Shown here: positions 46,120 through 55,239 of the stretch, in pieces
Numbering within the stretch: the first letter of the stretch is position 1
Layout: every line of letters begins with the position of its first letter
Source: Candidatus Latescibacterota bacterium
GTDB lineage: Bacteria; Latescibacterota; UBA2968; UBA8231
Direction: 5' to 3'
DNA length: 64,000 nucleotides
NCBI GenBank assembly: GCA_965217585.1
Contig: OZ244561.1
Coordinates: 6,496,001-6,560,000 of the forward strand
The notes under the pieces: model-generated
The model's input: the letters and a program-made list of their open reading frames with translations, nothing else
Told to the model about the DNA's origin: nothing
The model's database searches: none
Translations under genes and position numbers: made by a program

Positions 46120-46638
46120 TCAGGCGCTTTCGACGCCCCGACTCCAGTGTTTTTCGTGCGCGAAAAGCACTTCTGGAAAGCGATAGACGATCAGGCCCGA
46201 ATCGGTTATTTCGACCTCGACGAACCCCCCATCGGCCAAGCGCTTGAGAATCTCCGCAGCTTCCTCGACCGTCAGTCCGGTATCGGCCGCAGTTTCGGTC
46301 ACCGTCAGGCGGCCACTTCTCTTCTGGGCCAAGCGCACTACGCGATTTTGTTGACGTCGGTAGCGGACCAAGTGCGCGGCCGCATCGAGCTTTTTGGCCA
46401 GTATCCAGAGTAAGCTGCCGAAAATGGTCTGGGTGACGCCAATGGCAAAAAACTCGAAATGGGAATCTGCACCATCGGCATGGAGGATTTGAAACAGTCC
46501 GTAGAGCATAAACCCCAGCCCTATCGGCACCATCGGCACGGCCATTACCTTGAGAAAAAGAGCGCCTAGGCGCTTGAATCCCCCTTCCATAGCACTTCTT
46601 ACCTCGCTTTTTGCCGCGTTGGGCGGTCTCATCGTCAT
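46120..46638 (-). CDS. Membrane protein (2 TM) with a C-terminal winged-helix-like domain
   Basis: Two hydrophobic helices, then GRLTVTETAADTGLTVEEAAEILKRL...DSGLIVYRFPE; start 46638 or 46590. Confidence 0.75.
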   Translation of the reverse strand: MTMRPPNAAKSEVRSAMEGGFKRLGALFLKVMAVPMVPIGLGFMLYGLFQILHADGADSHFEFFAIGVTQTIFGSLLWILAKKLDAAAHLVRYRRQQNRVVRLAQKRSGRLTVTETAADTGLTVEEAAEILKRLADGGFVEVEITDSGLIVYRFPEVLFAHEKHWSRGVESA

Positions 46639-46691
46639 AGCCGTTAGTTCTCCGAATTCAGCAGTCGCACAATATGCTGCGGGCCATAGGG

Positions 46692-47369
46692 TTACTTATC
46701 TTTTTTCATCTTGTCCTTTAAAGCCTTCAATTCGTCGTCAACGCTGTGATCTGCTTCGATTTGGCGGATCTCCTTCTCAACGTCTTCCATCTCGCCCGAA
46801 ATCTCCACGTGCGCGGCAGCCTCTGCCTCGCTCTCTTCTACTTTCTGCTCAAAGCGCTCAAAACTGGAAAAGGCATCCTGACCCAACCCGGAAATGCTCT
46901 GGGCCAGACGCTTGCGGGCCTGGGCAGCTTGGTGGCGAGCGATCAACGTGCCCTGTCGGGTCCGTGCTTCTTCGAGCTTGGTCTTTAGCTCGCGTAACTG
47001 CTCGCGCAATTGCTCGGCCGTCTGCCGACTCTCCTCCACGGCCGGAGCCAGATCCTCAGCAGCTTTAGCAAACACCGCTTTGCGCTCCAGCGCGCGTCGC
47101 GCCAGCACATCCTCGCCCGCTTCCACCGCCCATTCGGCCTTGCGCTGCCATTCGGCGACCTGGCTTTGCTTGTCGTTGAACTGGCGCTCGAGCCGCTTGT
47201 GATTGGCCACAGCAGTCCCTACCGAGGCCGTGGCCTTGCCGACTGCCTCTTCCATGTCCCGCACCATTTGGCGGATCATCTTGTCCGGCTCTTCGGCCCG
47301 GTCGAGCATTTCGTTGATATTGGACTTGAGGATATCACTTATCCTCGCAAAGGCTCCCTTAGCCATCAT
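46692..47369 (-). CDS. pspA: PspA/IM30 (ESCRT-III-like) family protein
   Basis: FARISDILKSNINEMLDRAEEPDKMIRQ, AVEAGEDVLARRAL, FERFEQKV, VDDELKALK; AAGGAGG RBS. Confidence 0.93.
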   Translation of the reverse strand: MMAKGAFARISDILKSNINEMLDRAEEPDKMIRQMVRDMEEAVGKATASVGTAVANHKRLERQFNDKQSQVAEWQRKAEWAVEAGEDVLARRALERKAVFAKAAEDLAPAVEESRQTAEQLREQLRELKTKLEEARTRQGTLIARHQAAQARKRLAQSISGLGQDAFSSFERFEQKVEESEAEAAAHVEISGEMEDVEKEIRQIEADHSVDDELKALKDKMKKDK

Positions 47370-47414
47370 ACACCTCCTTGATTGAGTGAAGCTTATCATG
47401 TGCTGTTTCTAACT

Positions 47415-47430
47415 TGCAAAGGCCGTGCCA
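47415..47430 (-). promoter_or_regulatory. sigma54 (-24/-12) promoter of the pspA operon
   Basis: Minus strand TGGCACG-GCCT-TTGCA matches the consensus TGGCACG-N4-TTGCW exactly, 46 nt upstream of the pspA ATG. Confidence 0.9.
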
Positions 47431-47508
47431 AAAGTGATAGCGCACTCATAATTTATTACAGCCCAACGTATTATATAAAAAACATAGATCGAATTATTAC
47501 TTGATTAA

Positions 47509-47544
47509 TGGCCAGATTCGCCACTTGGCTGGCGTCATTGGCCA
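47509..47544. promoter_or_regulatory. Tandem TGGC-N7-GCCA sites, putative enhancer (UAS) for the bEBP
   Basis: TGGCCAGATTCGCCA (47509-47523) and TGGCGTCATTGGCCA (47530-47544), 21 bp apart, about -105 to -140 relative to the sigma54 start. Confidence 0.7.
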
Positions 47545-47592
47545 TTTTCGCTCCTTTAGTTATTATAACAAATCTTCAAAAAGGATCTTGCC

Positions 47593-49035
47593 ATGGCCAA
47601 TCCATTGGTCTTGATCGGCTTGGGTGTCTATCTCGCGGTGATGCTCGGCGTTGGCCTATACGCTGGCCGCCGCGTCCGCAGCTCGACCGACTTCATCGTC
47701 GCCGGCCAACGCCTGCCCCTGTTGCTCTGCACCGCAACTCTTGCTGCGACGTGGTTTGGCGGTGGAATCTGCATTGGTGCTGCAAGTGCTGCATACAAGG
47801 GCGGCGTCCTCGCGGTCATTGCCGACCCTTTTGGCGCGGCTTTGTGTCTGTTTATCGCCGGCCTCTTTTACGTGCGGATGATGCGGCGCATGGGCTTGAT
47901 GACGATCGCATCCTTTTTTAGCCGCCGCTTCGGCCCGCGGGCGGGCCTGCTGGCCAGCCTTTGCACCATTCCCGCCTATGTTGGCTGGACCGGCTCGCTC
48001 TTGGTGGCCTTTGGGCGAATCCTGCAGAGCCTCACCGGCATCGATCCCGCCATCGGCATCTGTGCAGCCGCAGTCATCGTGCTGATCTACACTTGGGCCG
48101 GCGGCATGTGGGCTGTCACGCTAACCGACTTCATCCAAGTAACCGTCCTCGTACTAGGGTTGTTTATTTTAACGCCGATTCTCCTCGGCGACATGGGCGG
48201 CTGGGAGGCCCTCGTCGCCCAAATCCCGGCCTCCCGCTTCGATTTCTACCCTCGCGGCGACGCGGCCAGTTGGTTGGCCTATGCGCGCGACTGGCTGGTC
48301 ATCGGCCTCGGCAACCTAGCGGGCCAAGACCTAATCCAGCGCAGTCTGTCCAGCCGCGACGAAAAGGTGGCCTACCGCAGCGCTTACCTCGCTGGGCTGC
48401 TTTATATAACGGTGGGGCTATTGCCCGTTTTTCTTGGCATGGCGGGTGCGATCGTCCTTCCGGATTTGGCCGATCCCGATCTAGTCATGATGGCCCTCGC
48501 ACTAAAATATCTCCCGGATCTAGCCTTGGTCCTCTTTATGGGTGCCCTCGTCTCAGCCCTCCTGTCCAGCGCCGACAGCGCCCTCCTCGCTCCAGCGAGC
48601 GTCATTGGTTGGGATCTCCTTCACTACTTCAAACCCGATGCCGAAGAGCGGTCGTCGCTGCGCCTGACGCGCTTGTCCGTCCTCCTCTTGGGCGCGGTAT
48701 CTCTACTGTTGGCCCTCCAAACTACTTCGATTTACGACTTGATGGTCGACTCTTGGTCCGTGCTCCTCGCCTCGCTATTCGTCCCACTAACCGCTGGCTT
48801 GTGGTGGCCCAAAAGCAACGGCCCCGGGGCCTTAGCTTCCATAGGGGTCGGCCTGTGCGCCTGGCAGGTCCTGAGGATGCTCTCCGCGGATTTGCCGGCC
48901 GACCTTTTGGCCGTGCCCTTTTCCGCCCTCGCCTTAGTAATAGTCAGCTTACTAACCCAAAAACAGGCCCCGCCACAGCCCTTACTCGATGCCGAGGGAC
49001 GTCCCCTGCCCTATAAAAACCGCTTGGGCATTTAA
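47593..49035 (+). CDS. Sodium:solute symporter (SSS, choline-transporter-like)
   Basis: DFIVAGQRL, ATWFGG, YTWAGGMWAVTLTDFIQ, QRSLS, SALLSSADS; about 13 TM. Confidence 0.9.
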   Translation: MANPLVLIGLGVYLAVMLGVGLYAGRRVRSSTDFIVAGQRLPLLLCTATLAATWFGGGICIGAASAAYKGGVLAVIADPFGAALCLFIAGLFYVRMMRRMGLMTIASFFSRRFGPRAGLLASLCTIPAYVGWTGSLLVAFGRILQSLTGIDPAIGICAAAVIVLIYTWAGGMWAVTLTDFIQVTVLVLGLFILTPILLGDMGGWEALVAQIPASRFDFYPRGDAASWLAYARDWLVIGLGNLAGQDLIQRSLSSRDEKVAYRSAYLAGLLYITVGLLPVFLGMAGAIVLPDLADPDLVMMALALKYLPDLALVLFMGALVSALLSSADSALLAPASVIGWDLLHYFKPDAEERSSLRLTRLSVLLLGAVSLLLALQTTSIYDLMVDSWSVLLASLFVPLTAGLWWPKSNGPGALASIGVGLCAWQVLRMLSADLPADLLAVPFSALALVIVSLLTQKQAPPQPLLDAEGRPLPYKNRLGI

Positions 49036-49116
49036 TCCGAAACTCGCTTGACAGGTATAAGCTCGCGCTTAACTTGTTGGAAACTTACCACGACCACCTT
49101 AAAAAGGAATTTAACC

Positions 49117-50526
49117 ATGAAGATGTACATCGCCGGAGAATGGGTTGACAAAGCCGCAACCATGGACGTCGTCAATCCCTATGACGGCTCGGTCATCGAC
49201 ACCGTCCCGAGGGGCGACGCCGCAGACATCAACCGTGCCATTGACTCGGCCGAGCGCGGTGCCAAATCCATGGCCGCAATGAGCGCCTATGAGCGCTATC
49301 AGATCATTCATCGGGCGGCGGATCTAATGCTAGAGCGGCTCGACGACCTAGGGCGCACGATTACCCTCGAAGAGGGCAAGGTCCTAGCCGAGGGCATGGG
49401 CGAGGCGTCCCGTGCCCAAGAGACCATCGTCCTCTCCGCCGAGGAAGCCAAACGCCTGACTGGCGAAACGCTCGACCTGAGCGGAGCCTCTAACGGAACG
49501 GGCAAATTCGGCTTTACGCTGCGGGTCCCCTGTGGTGTGGTAGCCGCTATTACGCCCTTCAACTTCCCGCTCAATCTGGTCTGCCACAAAGTCGGCCCAG
49601 CCCTCGCGGCTGGCAATGCGATCATCATCAAACCCGCTAGCGACACTCCGCTTTCGGCACTCAAACTGACCGAGATTTTTGTCGACGCGGGCCTGCCGGC
49701 GGAAGCCATTCAATGCGTCACGGGTTCGGGCGGCGTCATTGGCGACGCAATCAGTTCCAATCCCAAGGTCCGTAAAATCAGCTTTACGGGCAGCCGCGAT
49801 GTCGGCGAACACATCTGTCAGGTCGCCGGCCTGAAGAAAGTGACGATGGAGCTAGGCTCCAACGCCCCGCTGATCGTCATGCCGGACGCCGATCTCGAAA
49901 AGGTCGCCGCCGCTACCGCCAATTCCGGCTTTGCCAACGCGGGTCAAGTCTGCATCTCGACTCAGCGAGTATTCGCCAGCAGCGAGGTGTACGGGGATTT
50001 TATAGACGCCCTCAAACCCGCCGTCGAAGCCTTAACGACCGGCAATCCCCTTGACGGCGACGTCAAGATGGGGCCAATGATCCGCGCCCAAGACGCCGAG
50101 CGCGTCGAGTCTTGGGTACAAGAAGCCGTTGGGTCTGGAGCCAGCATCGTCACCGGCGGGACCCGCGAGGGCACGATGCACGCCCCGACCATCCTAGCCG
50201 ATGTAGCACCAGAAATGAAGGTCTCCTGCGACGAGATTTTCGGTCCGGCGCTCGGCGTCAGCCGGATCGACGATATCGACCAAGCCATCGCCATGGCCAA
50301 CGACACCAACTATGGTCTCAGTGCCGCGATTTTCACCGAGAACCTCAACTGGGCCCTCCAGTTTGCCCAGCAGGTGGAATCGGGCAACATCCACATCAAT
50401 TGGGGCACTCAGTGGCGCGCTGATCTGATGCCTTACGGCGGCCTCAAGGAAAGCGGCATGGGCAAGGAAGGGCCCAAATACGCGATCGAGGAGATGACCG
50501 AAACCAAGATGGTCGTCATTCATTAA
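49117..50526 (+). CDS. Aldehyde dehydrogenase family protein
   Basis: ITPFNFP, KPA, FTGS, MELGSN, AGQVCIS, EIFGP, PYGGLKESG; AAGGA RBS. Confidence 0.93.
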   Translation: MKMYIAGEWVDKAATMDVVNPYDGSVIDTVPRGDAADINRAIDSAERGAKSMAAMSAYERYQIIHRAADLMLERLDDLGRTITLEEGKVLAEGMGEASRAQETIVLSAEEAKRLTGETLDLSGASNGTGKFGFTLRVPCGVVAAITPFNFPLNLVCHKVGPALAAGNAIIIKPASDTPLSALKLTEIFVDAGLPAEAIQCVTGSGGVIGDAISSNPKVRKISFTGSRDVGEHICQVAGLKKVTMELGSNAPLIVMPDADLEKVAAATANSGFANAGQVCISTQRVFASSEVYGDFIDALKPAVEALTTGNPLDGDVKMGPMIRAQDAERVESWVQEAVGSGASIVTGGTREGTMHAPTILADVAPEMKVSCDEIFGPALGVSRIDDIDQAIAMANDTNYGLSAAIFTENLNWALQFAQQVESGNIHINWGTQWRADLMPYGGLKESGMGKEGPKYAIEEMTETKMVVIH

Positions 50527-50545
50527 AAACCTCTAGCAACAACGC

Positions 50546-50584
50546 AAAAAGGGGGGGACGCGCCGACTGGGCGTCCCCCCTTTT
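50546..50584. terminator. Bidirectional Rho-independent terminator
   Basis: AAAAA-GGGGGGGACGC...GCGTCCCCCC-TTTT between convergent ALDH and aminotransferase genes. Confidence 0.85.
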
Positions 50585-50605
50585 CATGTATCGTACCCGC
50601 TCCTT

Positions 50606-51457
50606 TCAGGTCGAATCCAGTGATTCCAAAAACGCGGCGCGGATCTGCCGCGTAATCGTCCCCGGCGTCCCATCGCCGATAACAGCGGTATCGATTTGTA
50701 CTACCGGCATCGCCTCGGTGGTAGTACCGGCGAGAAAGACCTCATCGGCGGCCTTAAATTGCTCCAGCGTGCAAAACTCTTCGTCTATAGGTATGCCGAG
50801 CTTGCGAGCCAAATCGAGGAGAATCCCTCTGGTGATACTCGGCAGGATATGAGGGCCAATAGGCGTAGTGTACAATCGCCCCGCCTGTATGCAGAAGGCA
50901 CTGGTCGAAGCCCCTTCAGTGACCCGTCCTTCTGCATCGACCAGCAGCGCCTCAAAAGCTCCCACTTGCGCCGCCGCCTGTTTAGCCAAGATGTTGGGCA
51001 GTAAGGCAATACTCTTGATATCGCAGCGCTTCCAGCGCAAGTCTTCGGTACTAATGACCTCGACTCCGCAGTCGTAGAGGTCGTGCGGCAGGCGACGCAA
51101 TTCCTTAAACGTCATTACGACGGTGGGAACGACCGGGACAGCGGGAAACTCATGCCGCCTAGGGGCGACCCCGCGCGTAACTTGTATATAGATCAACGTC
51201 TCGCCAAAACCGCTCCGCTCGACACCCTCCATCAGCTTGGCCTTAAGGCCGTACTCGCGGATATCCAACGGCAGGTGTAGCGCTTCTAGGTTGCCCTGGA
51301 GGCGCGCCAAGTGCGGCTCTAAGGCATAGGGGCGACCGCCGTAGGTTGCGACAACCTCGTACACGCCATCGGCGAACTGATAGCCCCGGTCCTCGACCGA
51401 CACCACGGCTTCGGCCAGTGGACAGAAGCGGCCATTGACATAGGCAATCTCAGGCAT
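50606..51457 (-). CDS. dat: Class IV PLP aminotransferase (D-amino-acid transaminase-like)
   Basis: DRGYQFADGVYE, YIQVTRG, RWKRCDIKS, TEG, ILPSITR, ADEVF. Confidence 0.85.
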   Translation of the reverse strand: MPEIAYVNGRFCPLAEAVVSVEDRGYQFADGVYEVVATYGGRPYALEPHLARLQGNLEALHLPLDIREYGLKAKLMEGVERSGFGETLIYIQVTRGVAPRRHEFPAVPVVPTVVMTFKELRRLPHDLYDCGVEVISTEDLRWKRCDIKSIALLPNILAKQAAAQVGAFEALLVDAEGRVTEGASTSAFCIQAGRLYTTPIGPHILPSITRGILLDLARKLGIPIDEEFCTLEQFKAADEVFLAGTTTEAMPVVQIDTAVIGDGTPGTITRQIRAAFLESLDST

Positions 51458-51467
51458 TGCCCCCCGC

Positions 51468-52232
51468 TCAGCGTTTGGCGAGGGCCTGCCACAAGGCCCG
51501 ATAATAGCGCATCAGGCGCAGGGGATCCGGACTTTCGGGGATTTCGGCGAGACAATAACCTGCGTAGCCGCTCTGTCGCAGCAGGGTAAAGAGCCGCTCC
51601 CACGGGTAATCGCTCCACAATTCGGTAATGTGGACCAAGGCAATGGCGTCCTGCAAAGAGGCGAAACTGCCGTCGATGGAGCCGTCGACTAGGTCCGTCG
51701 CATTGGAATTCCAGCATACAAAGACGTTGTCGTAGTCGGCGTAGTCGATGATCTTGCGGATGTTGGCTGGATCCGAGGTCGTGCGGCCGTGGACCTCCAA
51801 GCGGATCTGCACCCCTAGGTCGCGGGCAAATTCGCCGCACTCGCGCAAGCTGACGCCGATCTGCTCCAAGGTCTGCCCAATGGGGATCCCCTCATCTACG
51901 TGTACGTTGTTGGGACGCACCTTGACTCCGCTGACTCCGAGATCATGGGCCAAGCGCACGTATTCTTTGGTCCCGTCGATGTGCCTTCGGAGCACCTGCG
52001 GATCGACGGCGTCGTATTCAAAGGCGCTGCCCAACCCTACCAACTCGACCGCCGAGTCGGCAAAGCGCCTTTTGATCTCGGCTCGTTCAGCAGCACTGAG
52101 GCCGACTTCGACCCCATGGGCATGCGTCGTCCGCAACTCAACTCCGGCAAAACCGGCTTCTTCGCAGCGGGCAATCAGCGTCTCTAAATCCCAATCACGG
52201 CCCAAATTGTAGGTCACCATGCCGAGCTTCAC
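51468..52232 (-). CDS. Sugar phosphate isomerase/epimerase (AP endonuclease 2 TIM barrel)
   Basis: GFAGVELR, RLEVH, VHITE, GYAG...E. Confidence 0.8.
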   Translation of the reverse strand: MKLGMVTYNLGRDWDLETLIARCEEAGFAGVELRTTHAHGVEVGLSAAERAEIKRRFADSAVELVGLGSAFEYDAVDPQVLRRHIDGTKEYVRLAHDLGVSGVKVRPNNVHVDEGIPIGQTLEQIGVSLRECGEFARDLGVQIRLEVHGRTTSDPANIRKIIDYADYDNVFVCWNSNATDLVDGSIDGSFASLQDAIALVHITELWSDYPWERLFTLLRQSGYAGYCLAEIPESPDPLRLMRYYRALWQALAKR

Positions 52233-53584
52233 GTTGCATTCCTCCCTGTTTGATCACCGGCGAAGAGTTCCCGGCGAAAGAGTGCCTTTTGTTGTTGGAG
52301 ATATTCGCCCTTACTCATGTTGGGCGCATGGGTTTGCAGGATGCCCTGGGCCGCAGACGCATCGCCGTACAGCAGGTCGATGGCCATCATGGCCAAGATT
52401 TTGGCCGGGGCGAGGTACCCAGCGGCTGGGTCGGCGATACCCCAATCGGGTCCGTGGATCGTGCCGCTGGCCCCGATCATGGCCGGGTGCAGCACGGGCA
52501 TGATCTGACTGAGGTCGCCAGCGTCAGTGGAGCCGCCGCCGTGGGGGTAATCCCGGTACTGATCGGGGCCGAAAATCTGCGTAGCGTTGTCCTTGAAAAG
52601 CTGCCCTAAGTCGGGATCATTGCACAGCGGCAGATACCCAGGCACGGTTTCGATCTCAACTGAGCAGCCGAGGGCGACCGCAGCGCCCCGCAGCGCCCGA
52701 TCGACCTTGTGAGACGCATCGAGTATCGCCTCGGAGGTGCGGGCACGGACGTAGGTTTCCAGCCGCACGTCGGCCGGGATGATATTGACTAGATCGCCCC
52801 CCTTGGTGATGATCGGATGCACCCGCACGCAGTCCTGGTCGCGGAAGGTCTCGCGCTGGGCGTCAATCGCGCTGAGGGCGAGTGTCGCCGCGCTAAGTGC
52901 ATTGACGCCTTTCTCCGGCGCGCCCCCGGCGTGGGCAGCCCGGCCAATGAAACGCACGTTCTTGGCCAAGAAGCCATTGGACGAACGGGCGATCCCCACT
53001 GCTCCCTCGGTTTGGGCCGCACTGCTGGTGTGGATCATCACGGCCATATCTACGTCGTCGAAATGCCCCAATTCGACCAACTCGGGCTTGCCGCCGAGAA
53101 ACGCGATCTTGCCTTCTTCGACAAGTCCTAAGCGGTAGTCTATCTCGACGTATTCTTCTGCCGGCACGGCGAAAAACGCGATATCCCCGGCCAGTTCCTC
53201 GCTAACGCCGGCCTCTACAAGCCCACAGGCGGCCCCTACCATCCCGGCGATCTGGGCATTGTGGCCACAGGCGTGTGCCGCCCCGGTTGCCGGGTCGGCG
53301 CGTGGGTGATCGGGCACGATGAGCGCGTCGAGTTCGCCCATCAGCGCCACTGTCGGGCCTGATTGCCGCCCCTTGAACCGGGCCTTCACGCCGGTCAGCG
53401 CTAGTTCCCGCTCGTACTGCAATCCGAGATCGGCAAAATTTTCGCAGACGCGGCGGGCCGTCTGTTCCTCCTTAAAGCCCAATTCGGGCTGGTCCATGAT
53501 GGCTTCACCCAGCCCGATGATCCGCTCGCTCTGCCGATCAATAGCCGCGCAGACAGCCGCCTTTAATTCCTCTTTGCTCCGCAT
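52229..53584 (-). CDS. M20 family amidohydrolase
   Basis: PELGFKE, GELDAL, HACGHN, PAEE, GRAAHAG, GSTD; ATG 53584 with GGAG RBS. Confidence 0.88.
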   Translation of the reverse strand: MRSKEELKAAVCAAIDRQSERIIGLGEAIMDQPELGFKEEQTARRVCENFADLGLQYERELALTGVKARFKGRQSGPTVALMGELDALIVPDHPRADPATGAAHACGHNAQIAGMVGAACGLVEAGVSEELAGDIAFFAVPAEEYVEIDYRLGLVEEGKIAFLGGKPELVELGHFDDVDMAVMIHTSSAAQTEGAVGIARSSNGFLAKNVRFIGRAAHAGGAPEKGVNALSAATLALSAIDAQRETFRDQDCVRVHPIITKGGDLVNIIPADVRLETYVRARTSEAILDASHKVDRALRGAAVALGCSVEIETVPGYLPLCNDPDLGQLFKDNATQIFGPDQYRDYPHGGGSTDAGDLSQIMPVLHPAMIGASGTIHGPDWGIADPAAGYLAPAKILAMMAIDLLYGDASAAQGILQTHAPNMSKGEYLQQQKALFRRELFAGDQTGRNAT

Positions 53585-53730
53585 AAATCTCCGTCTTTTT
53601 AGGTCGGCCAGTATAGCCGGCGTCCATGAGGTTGTCAAGCTATTCCCTGGCTTGCGCAGGTTTAGTGCACCCCTTAATTTTTTAGGTCGTAAGCCTTCGT
53701 CCGGCCCCAAACCCGCCCAGAGCTATTGCA

Positions 53731-54099
53731 TTGTACAAAATCCTGATCATCGACCGCAATGCCATATTCGGCGCAACCCTCGCCGGGCTGCTCGAGCGGG
53801 CCGGTTATCAGGTCGAAGTCGCCAACCAATTGACCGATGGACTCGACCATTACCGACTCAACGCCCCGGACTTAGTCCTCCTCGGCGTCGAGGTGGACGA
53901 TCCCACCCCTTTTGTCTCAGCAAGTCGCTTGCTCGACAACACCAAGCTCATCGCCTTCCTGTCGCGCCAAAGGCGCTCATCCGACGACCTCCAAGAGGTG
54001 CTGCAAGCTCTCAAGGGCTGCCCCATTTTTTATAAGCCCTTCCGCACCGAGGACGTCCTTGCCGCTATTGCCGCAGAATTGGTGCCGCACGAGACCTGA
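53731..54099 (+). CDS. Stand-alone receiver-like protein (pseudo-receiver)
   Basis: KILIID, PDLVLL, KPF fold motifs; the phospho-acceptor Asp position is Gly. Confidence 0.7.
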   Translation: MYKILIIDRNAIFGATLAGLLERAGYQVEVANQLTDGLDHYRLNAPDLVLLGVEVDDPTPFVSASRLLDNTKLIAFLSRQRRSSDDLQEVLQALKGCPIFYKPFRTEDVLAAIAAELVPHET

Positions 54100-54102
54100 G
54101 CC

Positions 54103-55080
54103 TCAGCCGTGTGGCAGCACCCCGATGTCCTCGCCGCGCTGATAGTTAAGGGCATCGACCATCATCCGCACGATGTCGCAACTGGGGCTAAACCCTAGAT
54201 ATTCCTCGGCCTTGCGCAGGTTAAATTCGTAAAAGGTGGGAGTAGCCTTTACAGCCGCTTCGACGTGGGGCATGTCGCGCAATTCGGCGAGCCGGTAACT
54301 AACCTCGTCCCAAGTGAAAGGACGCGGCCCAGCTAGCTGAAAGGTCTCGCCCAACGCCCTTTCTTTGCCCAAGGCGCAAAGGCACCCATGCACGATGTCA
54401 CGCACATCGGCGATGTGCTTTTTGAAGGGACGGTCGCGCTGGTCTTTTAGCAGCACCGCGCACTCCTCGCCCTGCCACAGGGCAGCTAGCTCCGGGTGCA
54501 CCTCCTTCATCTTGCTCAGGTAGAACTGTGGGAACTGCAAAATTTCATCCGCCGCCCGCACCATGGCGAAACGCAAGATCGTCGTCGGCACCCCGTAGCC
54601 CTGCCAATAGCCGTTGCACAATTCCTCGCCCAGCGCCTTAGTCAAAGCATAAGCTCCCTTGGGCACGCGCGGCGTGTGTTCGTCAATGGGCGCACTCATG
54701 CCGCCGGGAACGTACTTGTCGTAGAGTGCGTCCGAGCTGGCGAACAGGAATTGGCCCATCCCCTTCACTCGACGCACGGCCTCTAGCATGTTGAAGGTGC
54801 CGCGCACGTTGATCTCAAAAAACTCCTCGTCGGTAAAGGGGCCACCACCCTGAAAGGCCGCCCCCAAATGATAGACGGCCTCGATCCCCTCGACCGCCTG
54901 CTCGACTGCGGCCGGCTCAGTCAAACTTCCCTCGACTAGTTCGACCTGCATCTTCTTGAGGTTTTCCACCCGCGGATCTCGGGGCCAGACCAACCCGCGG
55001 ACCTGGTGCTCGCGCTCGACAAGCTGTCTGGCCAAGTTGGCACCAATGCGGCCGGTAATCCCAGTAATCAATATCCTCAC
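54103..55080 (-). CDS. NAD-dependent epimerase/dehydratase (extended SDR)
   Basis: ITGITGRIG, NVRGT, ASS, YALTK. Confidence 0.88.
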   Translation of the reverse strand: MRILITGITGRIGANLARQLVEREHQVRGLVWPRDPRVENLKKMQVELVEGSLTEPAAVEQAVEGIEAVYHLGAAFQGGGPFTDEEFFEINVRGTFNMLEAVRRVKGMGQFLFASSDALYDKYVPGGMSAPIDEHTPRVPKGAYALTKALGEELCNGYWQGYGVPTTILRFAMVRAADEILQFPQFYLSKMKEVHPELAALWQGEECAVLLKDQRDRPFKKHIADVRDIVHGCLCALGKERALGETFQLAGPRPFTWDEVSYRLAELRDMPHVEAAVKATPTFYEFNLRKAEEYLGFSPSCDIVRMMVDALNYQRGEDIGVLPHG

Positions 55081-55239
55081 GCAAACCTCCCGGTTGAATC
55101 GCCAACAACAAACCGCACCGCACCGCCGCTGGCAACCCCACCGTGGCGAGAAAGAAGGCTGGAAAAGATGACGGTCTGTCTTATATTTAATGGATAGTAC
55201 TTCCCGAGCTAGTCCTTGGCTTGACGCCTTACAACGAAG

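Noticed and set aside
47961-49016. 351-aa alternative-frame ORF in the symporter
   Set aside because: Arg/Pro-rich off-frame translation with no RBS or motif
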